A DNA stretch of 46,480 bases from Octopus bimaculoides. Lineage: Eukaryota. The notes under the pieces were generated by a model. The model worked only from the letters and a program-made list of their open reading frames with translations, had not been told where the DNA came from and searched no databases. The stretch covers positions 34,638,099-34,684,578 of the forward strand of contig NC_068982.1 of NCBI RefSeq assembly GCF_001194135.2. The letters are read 5' to 3'. The position numbers and the translations under genes are program-made. Every line of letters starts with the position of its first letter. Within the stretch, counting starts at the first letter, position 1. Below, one piece after another: positions 21,349 to 32,869 of this stretch.

Positions 21349-21930
21349 CTCGCTTGCCGTAGGAAGCTTATCTCCCTTGTCAGTGGTTAGAAAAGTGTTC
21401 TTACGTGACTAAGAGTTGTTTTGACGCTTATTTCTAGCAATGCTGGTGCTGACTAGCACCCTCACTCACTTTAGTGACGACTATACTCGTAGCCTTTCGG
21501 TTGTAAATTGCGAATAGCCACCTTAATAATGTATATATAGACATATATATACACTACATAGAATTATTATCTGATACTGAAGTTAGTATTATCTGATACT
21601 GAAGTTAGTACATTGGGTAAGGTAGGTAGATATGTTTATTATATCAAAAGTTATTTATTCTGAGTTTCACCTGGGTCTGCTGTGCACTCGAAGAGAGCAG
21701 GTGTATTCTCCTTCACATATACAAATCTTAAGAATTTTCTAATACAGTTCTAATATCATTACATTAGTAATTAAAGGTACTTATCAATCCAGCCACACAG
21801 ATGCACAAACAAGGTTAGTTCATAGTTATAAAATCTGTAAACTCGCTATTTACCCCAAAGTCGTAAAGAGTTTACTTGGGGATGGGGGATAAAATCCAGA
21901 AAAGACTGTCAACTTTTTATATAATAAAAA

Positions 21931-21965
<35 letters not shown>

Positions 21966-21994
21966 TTAGGTATGGCTGAACTTGATTGTTAAGA

Positions 21995-22400
21995 CCGTCT
22001 TAAGATATTGAATCCTTATTCTCTCAAGCGCCGCTGTGAGTGCTACATCATTTGTACAACGTGAAGAATATACCAGCAATATTGTCCAAATGAACATAGC
22101 ATTAGATTCGGAATTCAACCAAAGCTGGGGTCGCGTGCCACATGCCTTCTGCACAATTCAAACTCGCAGCACATAAATTTACTGTAACAAAATTTATTTT
22201 CCTCAAGAGGCCCCGCTCTATTTAACATTATCCCAAAACAAATCGAAGAAAAAGATCCTATCATTTTGAAACGAAACCAGGACAAATTTCTCCAAGGGAT
22301 ACCAGATAAACCACCTATACCTGAATACATCTCAGTCAGCAACAATTCCCTACCTGAATGGGCCATGATACCGTTTAACAGATCCTATCGGGTGGAGCTA
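21995..22400 (+). pseudogene. CR1-clade LINE 3' end, same family as 4995-5575
   Basis: 21995-22180 aligns with 5380-5570 (e.g. gccgctgtgagtgctacatcatt vs gctgccgtgagcgctacatcatt). It then reads RGPALFNIIPKQI..DKFLQGIPDKPPIPEYISVSNNSLPEWA with frameshifts. Confidence 0.85.
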
Positions 22401-23321
22401 TTAAACTAGTCATGGCCTGGGCTAAATTTTTTGGCCGAAACATATCTAAGTTATCCAGATTATATATGCGCACACATACGTATATCATAAATGCATGATA
22501 CATACACACATACATACATACATACATACATACATACATACATACATACATCATAAATACATGATACATATACATACAAACATAAATATATGATGCAGAT
22601 AAATCTATACATACATTTATACATGCACACATGTATATGTATGTATGTATACACCGAGGTGTGTGCGCGCGTGTGTTTGTCCATGTATTTACATTTTGAA
22701 GAAAGCCAAGCATGCATATATAAAAGCTGTCACATCTATAAAAGAGAATTAAAATGAGACAACCTAACAAAATAATGAAAAAAAGGTTCAAATTAGATAT
22801 TGTCCTTAAGAAGGCAATAGGGTGTGGTTCATAAACTGTGTCTATTGCTCTTTTGGAGGAAAAAGAAATAGACGAAAAATGTAATAAAATATAATAGTAA
22901 AATCCGAAAAAGATTTATCAATTTTTAAGGAAGTTCGGTTGCGTCTAACTTAAACACAATTAAAACTTCATCCAATCCTCGTCGTTTATTTTGCTTTGTA
23001 ACCGTATGGTTTCTGCTTGAAAGAATACGCTAGTAGTTTTGACAATTGGAGAATATATCTCCAGTTAAGCCTTTAGCTTCGAAAACGTTATTGTTTACTA
23101 GAACAACAACAACAACAATAACAATAATAATAACGACAAAAAAAAGGAAAAATGAGTAGTTGGAATTTATCCAGTTTTTTTTATATTCTTTCTTTTTTTT
23201 TGTTTGAATCTTCGAATGATATTGTCGAAACTTACGGATTAAAGGGTCGATGAAAACTTCGTTTCACATGTTGAGATCTTAAATATAAGATAAATGTTTG
23301 GTCGCATTTAATTATCCTCAC

Positions 23322-23370
23322 TTAGGAAAGCAAGAGATTATTTCAATGATGAAATACAGACGATAAGGAT
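23322..23370 (-). CDS. Candidate 49-nt hydrophobic exon xPYRLYFIIEIISCFP
   Basis: Acceptor gcccttttctgttAG and donor AA|GTGAGG; one open frame. Confidence 0.25.
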
Positions 23371-23760
23371 CTAACAGAAAAGGGCAGCATCGTATAGAGA
23401 GTGTAATTAGGATGATGTACGTACTTTTTTTTTTTTCGCCTTCATTTCTTCAATGTCAGAAGTTTCTAACAGTAGAAAGAGATTTGATCATAAGGAGGGC
23501 GAAAAGAACGAAATAAATAATTAAATGAAGTAAAATATAAAAAAAACAAACAAAATAAACGAGAGAAAAATAAAGAAAGAAGGAAAGCAAGAAAGAAAGT
23601 CAATACTTGTGTGTAAAAGAGTAGAGAGGTGTGAAGAAATATGATAGACAGATAGAAGGAAAGGGAAGTATTTGGGTTCACATGAGTTATGTGTATGTGT
23701 GTAAGGGTTTATATGGATGTCTGAAAGCGTAGTCTGAAAGTGCGCGTGCGTGGGAGCGCG

Positions 23761-23815
<55 letters not shown>

Positions 23816-24822
23816 GCTGGAAATATTTATTAAAACACATTTTTGTTGTTTGTTTTGTGTTATAGTTTGTAGTGAGAATTGTTTGTTTTGTCATTGAAGA
23901 AAATCTCTTTTATGGCTAATCTTTTTCTTTTTCTTGTTTTTGTCTGGTGTGTGTGTGTGTGAGTGTGTAAGAAAGAGCTTCAAACTATGAAAATGGAATN
24001 NNNNNNNNNNNNNNNNNNNNNNNNNNNNNNNNNNNNNNNNNNNNNNNNNNNNNNNNNNNNNNNNNNNNNNNNNNNNNNNNNNNNNNNNNNNNNNNNNNNN
24101 NNNNNNNNNNNNNNNNNNNNNNNNNNNNNNNNNNNNNNNNNNNNNNNNNNNNNNNNNNNNNNNNNNNNNNNNNNNNNNNNNNNNNNNNNNNNNNNNNNNN
24201 NNNNNNNNNNNNNNNNNNNNNNNNNNNNNNNNNNNNNNNNNNNNNNNNNNNNNNNNNNNNNNNNNNNNNNNNNNNNNNNNNNNNNNNNNNNNNNNNNNNN
24301 NNNNNNNNNNNNNNNNNNNNNNNNNNNNNNNNNNNNNNNNNNNNNNNNNNNNNNNNNNNNNNNNNNNNNNNNNNNNNNNNNNNNNNNNNNNNNNNNNNNN
24401 NNNNNNNNNNNNNNNNNNNNNNNNNNNNNNNNNNNNNNNNNNNNNNNNNNNNNNNNNNNNNNNNNNNNNNNNNNNNNNNNNNNNNNNNNNNNNNNNNNNN
24501 NNNNNNNNNNNNNNNNNNNNNNNNNNNNNNNNNNNNNNNNNNNNNNNNNNNNNNNNNNNNNNNNNNNNNNNNNNNNNNNNNNNNNNNNNNNNNNNNNNNN
24601 NNNNNNNNNNNNNNNNNNNNNNNNNNNNNNNNNNNNNNNNNNNNNNNNNNNNNNNNNNNNNNNNNNNNNNNNNNNNNNNNNNNNNNNNNNNNNNNNNNNN
24701 NNNNNNNNNNNNNNNNNNNNNNNNNNNNNNNNNNNNNNNNNNNNNNNNNNNNNNNNNNNNNNNNNNNNNNNNNNNNNNNNNNNNNNNNNNNNNNNNNNNN
24801 NNNNNNNNNNNNNNNNNNNNNN

Positions 24823-24879
24823 GAATACATACCCAGCTTTTGAATACATACCCAGCTTTTGAATACATACCCAGCTTTT
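24823..24879. repeat. 19-bp minisatellite x3 (gaatacatacccagctttt) abutting an assembly gap
   Basis: Three exact units at 24823, 24842 and 24861. The unit is the last 19 nt of the adjacent RT fragment. Confidence 0.9.
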
Positions 24880-25225
24880 GCTTTCCTCAGAATCAGTGTT
24901 GGTGGTATCAAGCACAGTACAAAGATCAGTGGGGACAGGCAGTCTCCTTGGAAGATGCCCCTCCTAATTTCTACTGTCCCTAAACTTCTTCCGTATGCTG
25001 TCAGGTCCGTCCTCCAATTCGCCATACTTTTTCCAAGCAATCGCCCAACATTCGATGCAATACCAAATAGGTTTATACATTCCATAATCCAAGAATGTGG
25101 GATTATATCGTACGCCTTATGATAGTCGATCCATGACATTGCTAAGTTACTTTTCTTCCTCTTGCAGTCTCTAAGTACAGTTTTGTCTATCTGCACTTAC
25201 GCTTGCAACCCTTCTGCTCATGTGG
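24862..25225 (-). pseudogene. R4/Dong-clade reverse transcriptase fragment (subdomains ~2-4)
   Basis: QKGCKRK..QIDKTVLRDCKRKKSNLAMSWIDYHKAYDIIPHSWIMECI..RRGIFQGDCLSPLIFVLCL, containing the IDYxKAYD and GIFQGDxLSP motifs. Confidence 0.92.
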
Positions 25226-25359
25226 CAGGACTTCATTTTTTTTCTAGATGTTCGTACATTGACTCTGCGAGTATTCCAGTCAATAATTACGAAGATATTG
25301 ATGAAAAAAGTCGGAGAAGGGAAAGAATGAATGGTTAGCCAATTTGAATATTAATAATT

Positions 25360-25800
25360 GTTTTGATTTTTTGGTACAAGGCCAGCGATTTTAGGAGGGG
25401 AAGACAGTCGAGTACATCGCTTCTAATGTTAAGTGGTATTTATTTTATTAACCACAAATGGATGAAAGATAATGTCGATCTTGGCGAAATTTGAACTTAG
25501 AAGGTAAAGAGCTGCATGAAATGCTGCTGAGCATTTTGTCCGACGAACGAAAGAACGATTCTACCAGTTCGCCGTCTTAACAACAACAATAACAACAGCA
25601 ACCACCACCACCACCACCACCACCACCACTACAATAACAACAGCAACAACAATCCTGAAATTTTGGGAATAAGGGTCGATTACATTGACTCCGGTGCTCA
25701 ACACGAAAATAATAAAAGGCAAAGTCGACATCGCCGAAGTTTGAACTCAGAACGTAAAGACACACGGAATGCCACTAAGCACTTTGTCCGGCATGCTAAC
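25360..25800 (-). mobile_element. Two SINE family A copies separated by a (CAA)n/(CCA)n tail
   Basis: The reverse-complement family A core occurs twice (about 25360-25577 and 25635-25800). Confidence 0.75.
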
Positions 25801-25932
25801 GCATAAAATGATGAAGCAATGTTATAATGAAGCAATGTTATAATGAAGCAATGTTATACTACAGCAATGAAATAATTGTAGTAAATTGTTGGTTCAAATT
25901 TTAATGACTGTTATTTAGATCCGAGAACTCAC

Positions 25933-25975
<43 letters not shown>

Positions 25976-26500
25976 GGGGGGGATAGAGAGAGAGAGAGAG
26001 GGAGAGAGAGAGAAAGAGGGAGAGAGAGAGAGGGAGTGTGTGTGTGTGTGTGTGANNNNNNNNNNNNNNNNNNNNNNNNNNNNNNNNNNNNNNNNNNNNN
26101 NNNNNNNNNNNNNNNNNNNNNNNNNNNNNNNNNNNNNNNNNNNNNNNNNNNNNNNNNNNNNNNNNNNNNNNNNNNNNNNNNNNNNNNNNNNNNNNNNNNN
26201 NNNNNNNNNNNNNNNNNNNNNNNNNNNNNNNNNNNNNNNNNNNNNNNNNNNNNNNNNNNNNNNNNNNNNNNNNNNNNNNNNNNNNNNNNNNNNNNNNNNN
26301 NNNNNNNNNNNNNNNNNNNNNNNNNNNNNNNNNNNNNNNNNNNNNNNNNNNNNNNNNNNNNNNNNNNNNNNNNNNNNNNNNNNNNNNNNNNNNNNNNNNN
26401 NNNNNNNNNNNNNNNNNNNNNNNNNNNNNNNNNNNNNNNNNNNNNNNNNNNNNNNNNNNNNNNNNNNNNNNNNNNNNNNNNNNNNNNNNNNNNNNNNNNN

Positions 26501-26537
<37 letters not shown>

Positions 26538-26754
26538 GTATGTGTGTGTATACAGACACACGCATACACACACACACAAACACACACATACATATATACA
26601 CACGCATATTTCCTCTATCTTTTATATTTCCTCTCCAGTCACATTTTTCTCTTTCTTTCTCTCTTTCCCTCTCCCTACGCACACACACATACACACACGC
26701 ACATACATACACACACACACACACATACATACATACATACATACGCATAAACAT

Positions 26755-26797
<43 letters not shown>

Positions 26798-26829
26798 TAT
26801 GTTTACATGTATGTATGTATGCACGTATG

Positions 26830-26861
<32 letters not shown>

Positions 26862-26977
26862 TAGACACACGCATATTTATACACTCCTAATTCATCCATA
26901 CATACTTATATACATGCATACATACATACATACATAAAGGGAGAGAGAGAAAGAAAGAGAGAGAGCGAGAAATAGAG

Positions 26978-27038
<61 letters not shown>

Positions 27039-27662
27039 AAGAGAGAGAGAGAGATAGTGAGATAGAGAGAGAGAGAACATGATGGTAGAAGAAAGAAAAC
27101 AAGCCGGAAGAAGTGGAGAGATTGAAATTGAGTGATTAGTTAAAACAAAACTATAAATATTTGCATATATCATGTCCTCGCATTGTTGTTTTTACTTGTT
27201 TTGTTTTTTCTTTCTTTATTTTTATGAATTATATACATACATACACAAACACATGCACGTGCGCACGCAGACACACGCACACACACAACACGCACACACA
27301 CACACATACACACATTCATATATATATACACGTACATAATCGTACATACATATATGAGAACTTGGTATTAATGTGCGTAAAAGCCACGCTTGGTTACGTA
27401 GGGAGGAGTCACATGTGATTAAGCGAAAAAATGTTTCGCCTTATTTTAAAGCAGGAAACTTGTTAATCTTACCTCTAAGACTGGTTCACATCGCTTATTG
27501 AATTTTCCGAGTGAAATAAATAGCTTCTAAGAAATGTGCGGTCGTGATGAATTTCTCTGTGAGATACCGGAGCAACGAACTGTATAGTTTATATATGTTG
27601 TTCCTGGCTGTTTTAGTTCTTTAGCATCCAGTGTTCTTTTCTTCAATATTTTCATTTATCAG

Positions 27663-27765
27663 ATGGAAGGTAGAACAGCTACAGTAACAAAAGAGAAGTT
27701 AAAGAGTCATTTTTATGACAATTTATCATTCTCTACATCAGAAGTTATATTTCTCAGAAAATGTG
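27663..27765 (+). CDS. Candidate exon MEGRTATVTKEKLKSHFYDNLSFSTSEVIFLRKC(G)
   Basis: Acceptor cttttcttcaatattttcatttatcAG and donor G|GTAAGA. Only frame 0 is open; the exon ends in phase 1. Confidence 0.35.
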
Positions 27766-27781
27766 GTAAGAATAGATGGTA

Positions 27782-27821
<40 letters not shown>

Positions 27822-28333
27822 AAGAGCACTTTCAGTATTTTGGATATCTGAAAAAGGAAGTTGCTTTCAAGCCGTAATTGCCATAAAGATTAGAATCTAA
27901 TACTAGACATAATATGTCTTCCTCTCAAGGAAAGAAAAAAACAAATGCGAGCGTAACTGAACCGAAACAGAAGAGGTTACATGAGGTGGAAATCATTAAA
28001 AGTTTCACCACCGCAACCGCAACAGTTAAACTACCACCAACTAAAATAACACCGATAGCATAATAGCAGTAGTAAAACAGCAGCAACAATATCAACAACT
28101 TCTTCAGCAATTATGGTAACAAAGGCAAGTGCCAATTATTTCTTGCGTTATTACAGACATAAAATAAACTAACAAGTTTGTAAGTTTGTTTTAGAAATAA
28201 TTTGTCCAGAAGATCATAGACTATCCACGTAATAAACAAAAGGTGGAGTATGATAGAAGAAAGGAAAAGCCAACGATGGAACCTCTATATGGACACTCAA
28301 CCTGCTAGGAATGGTAGCAAAATTCTCAAACTT

Positions 28334-28510
28334 TGTAACTGTGGATATACATCTCAAAAACGACACTTTCTGGTGGTTGTGAAAGGAATTGCACGAGACT
28401 CACCGCAAACACCTTTAAAACCCAATACAATACGCATATACAATGATCAGAGACAAACAGAAACTTAACTCCATCTCTTTGTCAGAATTTACTTGGATAC
28501 TAAGGAACTG
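28334..28510 (+). pseudogene. Penelope-like GIY-YIG endonuclease remnant
   Basis: With frameshifts: CNC..LSGGC..LTANTFKTQYNTH..NSISLSEFTWILRN. This parallels the CNC..CPLxGxC / TxNxFKxRYxxH / NxTxLSxxIWxLK pattern of PLE endonucleases. Confidence 0.55.
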
Positions 28511-29094
28511 CAGATCTGAATGTGTCCTAATAACTTGAAACAGCATGGACAGACAACCCATTCACACAAAAAGTCATACTGAGTAAGCTTAATTTCAGAT
28601 GGACGATGCAGGGACAAAGGATGGAATTATTACGGTTTTAATGCATTTGATCTGCGTTATCAGGGCCGAACAGGACTTAAACAACATTAACAGGTGAAGC
28701 ACGGCGTCTTGATTTGTCTCTCGTATTAGTTAAAGAAAAATATGTCAACTAAAATTTGATTTGGAGTTAACACAGGTCTGATTATGATTTAATTTTGTAA
28801 ATGTCCTAACCGTTAGATATACTTTCGCCTACAAACCAGTTCTACAAAAAGACCAGTAAATAAGGAAGTAACAACTTTAGTTTAATTTCAAATGATGAAA
28901 AGAAAAATGTAATGTAGGACTTATCGCTCAGCTGTCGTTAATTTTATTCCGTATTTTTTCTTTCGTTACTAGTTTCAGCTAAATTGACATGATTTTCTTT
29001 TATGAATTTTATTAATTATTATGAATAAAATTTAACATATATAATCTAATGAAATGATTCAGTCACAATATGAGCTAGTGGAGGATGCGCCTGT

Positions 29095-29280
29095 TGGCGG
29101 TCATTCAACCTAGCTAGAAATTACAACCAAGTCTCTCTCAAATAATAGTATATTGGTAAATGGAGTGCTAGACAATGTCCCTGAAACAAAGATGATGCGA
29201 GTTGGACGCTTTTGATCATAGCTTTGATCATAAGTTTCCTGTATCAAGGGTGACCTGGGGCAATGCAATAAAAACAACAA
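29095..29280 (+). repeat. Dispersed repeat family D
   Basis: Paralogue of 6200-6420, ending ..gggtgacctggggcaatgcaataaaaacaacaa. Confidence 0.55.
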
Positions 29281-29491
29281 TTAAACGTTTATTTGATTTT
29301 GATCGTAGAAACTACAAAATATCGTTCTAGCTTAAGAAAAAGGGCATTTTAGAACCGAAATAAAAAAAAAATCGTCTAAAAGTCCTTCAGCAGTCATATT
29401 TTTATCTTTTAATGGTTCTCATGTAAAGCTATATCTCCACCAGGAAATAGGTAACATTTGTCAAAAGCACATTAAACCTCTTCTGTTTCAG

Positions 29492-29694
29492 GATGTCCCC
29501 TTGAATTTGATAATGTAACAAGATTATTTTTCCCACACCGATTACTGTACCATATTGTGCATTTACTTTGTGTTTCTTTCACCATTACCTCGGCAAATAA
29601 GATCAAGGCCATGCTACGTCAACGAGGTCACAATAAGGCCAAAACATTTCAGGAAAAATATATTGTGCTTACTTATGCGCATATCAATTTCTAG
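29492..29694 (+). CDS. Candidate terminal exon, phase-compatible with 27663-27765
   Basis: Acceptor ctcttctgtttcAG; phase-1 frame GCPLEFDNVTRLFFPH..TYAHINF* is open for 66 codons to TAG at 29692-94. Confidence 0.25.
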
Positions 29695-30038
29695 ATAACT
29701 ATTCAACGTAAATATGTTAAAAACACTTCTGCATAAATATGTTAAAATTAAGTTTATTATTTTTCATTCAGCTAGTGTTTTTGAATTAGTCCCGAGAAAG
29801 CCTACACAAACAGATTGAAACAATACACAGAATATTGAGATGCGAATTATATTCCTGATTTGAGAGTTGCAAAATAACTGGGAATTAGAAAATAGATAAG
29901 GTTCTGTTAAAGGAGAAATTCAACAACTTTGATACCTTTAATATCTGTATCTATTTATGCATCTATCTAGTCGCTTACTTATGATTTACATAAGTTTGTG
30001 AAGGAGAAACAGGCTTCTCTATCCAGCTGGCAAGCTAC

Positions 30039-30081
30039 TTCAGGCTGATGACGAGCAAAGACTCAGAAACATGTCCCTGAA
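30039..30081 (+). ncRNA. Minimal type I hammerhead ribozyme motif
   Basis: ttcagg CTGATGA c gag-caaaga-ctc a GAAAC at GTC cctgaa. Stem I is 6 bp, stem II is 3 bp, helix III is palindromic (ACATGT), and the triplet is GUC. Predicted cleavage after 30075. Confidence 0.8.
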
Positions 30082-31028
30082 TGCTGGCTAGGCTGGGTGG
30101 GGGAGCTTGTCTCCCCTTCACAAACTTAAGGACACAGTAATTGTGTCAAGGCCGACAGGAAGCGGTCCAGCTTCCTAGGGCTAAACAGCAGTAGTGTATT
30201 ACCTTATTGGGATTGTCACATTAAGTTGACAATATACTACAACTTTGTCGCTCCACTACTGCTTAAATCTCTCTGAGAGATTTAGAAATATTATATTTCT
30301 AATATATATATNNNNNNNNNNNNNNNNNNNNNNNNNNNNNNNNNNNNNNNNNNNNNNNNNNNNNNNNNNNNNNNNNNNNNNNNNNNNNNNNNNNNNNNNN
30401 NNNNNNNNNNNNNNNNNNNNNNNNNNNNNNNNNNNNNNNNNNNNNNNNNNNNNNNNNNNNNNNNNNNNNNNNNNNNNNNNNNNNNNNNNNNNNNNNNNNN
30501 NNNNNNNNNNNNNNNNNNNNNNNNNNNNNNNNNNNNNNNNNNNNNNNNNNNNNNNNNNNNNNNNNNNNNNNNNNNNNNNNNNNNNNNNNNNNNNNNNNNN
30601 NNNNNNNNNNNNNNNNNNNNNNNNNNNNNNNNNNNNNNNNNNNNNNNNNNNNNNNNNNNNNNNNNNNNNNNNNNNNNNNNNNNNNNNNNNNNNNNNNNNN
30701 NNNNNNNNNNNNNNNNNNNNNNNNNNNNNNNNNNNNNNNNNNNNNNNNNNNNNNNNNNNNNNNNNNNNNNNNNNNNNNNNNNNNNNNNNNNNNNNNNNNN
30801 NNNNNNNNNNNNNNNNNNNNNNNNNNNNNNNNNNNNNNNNNNNNNNNNNNNNNNNNNNNNNNNNNNNNNNNNNNNNNNNNNNNNNNNNNNNNNNNNNNNN
30901 NNNNNNNNNNNNNNNNNNNNNNNNNNNNNNNNNNNNNNNNNNNNNNNNNNNNNNNNNNNNNNNNNNNNNNNNNNNNNNNNNNNNNNCACACACACACACA
31001 CACGCACACATACACACACGCACACACA

Positions 31029-31108
<80 letters not shown>

Positions 31109-31542
31109 AACACACACATTATGGATAGTTAGGGTAAATCTCAGCTGCTTCCTCTTGAAGCACATCTCCTTTTCCCATTATTATAATCTAATATGTGATC
31201 ACAGTTGCTGTTGCATGTTAGTCAAAATGCATATTAAAATTGAGAATTATGGAAATATTGTGTGCAGAGCTATTGCATAACAAAATAAGAAAGTGGAAAA
31301 TTTTTGGTATTATTTATTATCCAATACATGTATTTCATTTGCTAACAGGAATTACAAAGTTTAACATGTTAGATAGACATATAAGGAATTTCCTATTGGA
31401 GATTCTTTAGACAGGGGAAAAAAGTATAATAAGTCCCTACTTTCCTATAGGGGCATTTGAGGGCGCTTAATTACCTGTATGTTACCCTTTTCAAACCAGT
31501 TAAAAAGTTTCTACTTCTTTCAGATCACCTTTGCCAGATAAA

Positions 31543-31800
31543 ATGCTAACTACAAGAAACGAAAAACAAAAAGACATGCAGTTGTTGTTGCCATATATGC
31601 GGAACACAGTGATTTAGAAATTGCTAGCTATCTAAATGTTGCATGATCTTTCGTACACAAAGTTTGGATTGAATTGGAAGTCTGTGTCGGGAATGTTTTA
31701 ACTGTATCAATGAGAATAAAATCATTCTGGACGCTCGGACTCTACGAGGTACCACAGTTCACCTAATGGATTCAAAATATTATCGATGTAAATGTAGAAA
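31543..31800 (+). pseudogene. Tc1/mariner-superfamily transposase N-terminal HTH remnant
   Basis: KRHAVVVAIYAEHSDLEIASYLNVA*SFVHKVWIELE..RSDSTR..PQFT*WIQNIIDVN, with stops and frameshifts. It has the EIA..L.V.RS.V.KV HTH pattern. Confidence 0.6.
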
Positions 31801-32190
31801 ACTATAAAATGTGCTAATTGGAGGATCGTACCTCTCCATAGCAGAATAACATATTCTGTTGTTACCGAGAGGAATTTAACTGTCTCAGATCAAGCATCAT
31901 TAAAGCCCGTTACAATCTGCGTTTTTACTCATGAAGATTGGGAAACATAAAAATAACTCCATTGCGTTTTTTTCTAATTCATTCAGAAGCTAAAGGACGG
32001 TAGATTTGAATATGCCTCCAAAAGCATGACTGTAAAATTATGAACTGTCACATGAAAAAATAAATAAATGAATAATTCTAAAACACGAAAAGTACGATAT
32101 TGTAGGTTAAGGTCGCTTGAAACGTTTCAACTTGAAACTGAAAGTCTGAGATATTCTCCGTTTTTTGTTACCGGACACATTTTCTTTTAG

Positions 32191-32281
32191 ATAACTTCTT
32201 TTCATCCAAAGTATCCGTGAAACAAATAATGTAGACACACCATAATCGTTAGAGAGTAGCCTCTACACTCCCAACAAATCT
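32191..32281 (+). other. Candidate non-coding/UTR exon
   Basis: Acceptor cacattttcttttAG and donor T|GTAAGT, but stops occur in all three frames. Confidence 0.2.
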
Positions 32282-32582
32282 GTAAGTTGTCCTGTACAGA
32301 ACACAAACTAAGTATAAGAGTAGCAATATTATCTGAAAAGTTGAAACACAAATAATTGTCTGACCATTTTCGACCAATAAGAGTCAACTTAAACAATGCT
32401 TCATTTTATTTCATTTAATCGGTGCCTGAACGTGAGTAGTTGGCATGAAGCTCTGAGTGGCAATGGAGGAACTCATCAGCTTCGTTTATGGGAAATGTTT
32501 TGAATAAGCTTATAAAAGCTCCAATTCTGATGTGCCGACTACAGTCTAATGATGCCAACTGGTGATACCAGACTTTTGGGAT

Positions 32583-32774
32583 CACACGCACACACCATCA
32601 ATCTATCTCCGCCAGTCACCAAAATACAATACATTGTCGCTAGCACATTATACCAATGTCAACTCTTGGCTGTCAATATCGGTTGGCACGACACATTACA
32701 ACAAAGTGAGGCAGAGTAGAAAAGACGACAATGTGATTAACACTCAGAAGGGATCAGTTCAAAGCCATCATTAA
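32583..32774 (+). repeat. ~192-bp direct duplication of 35767-35959
   Basis: About five differences (4 substitutions, 1 indel) by eye. Confidence 0.95.
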
Positions 32775-32869
32775 TGTAGGATAAATTTAGTAATAATACT
32801 AAATGGTCATGGATGAAAGTTATAAATATTTTAATGCATTGCTACGCGCGTTTCCACGAATCACGTTTC

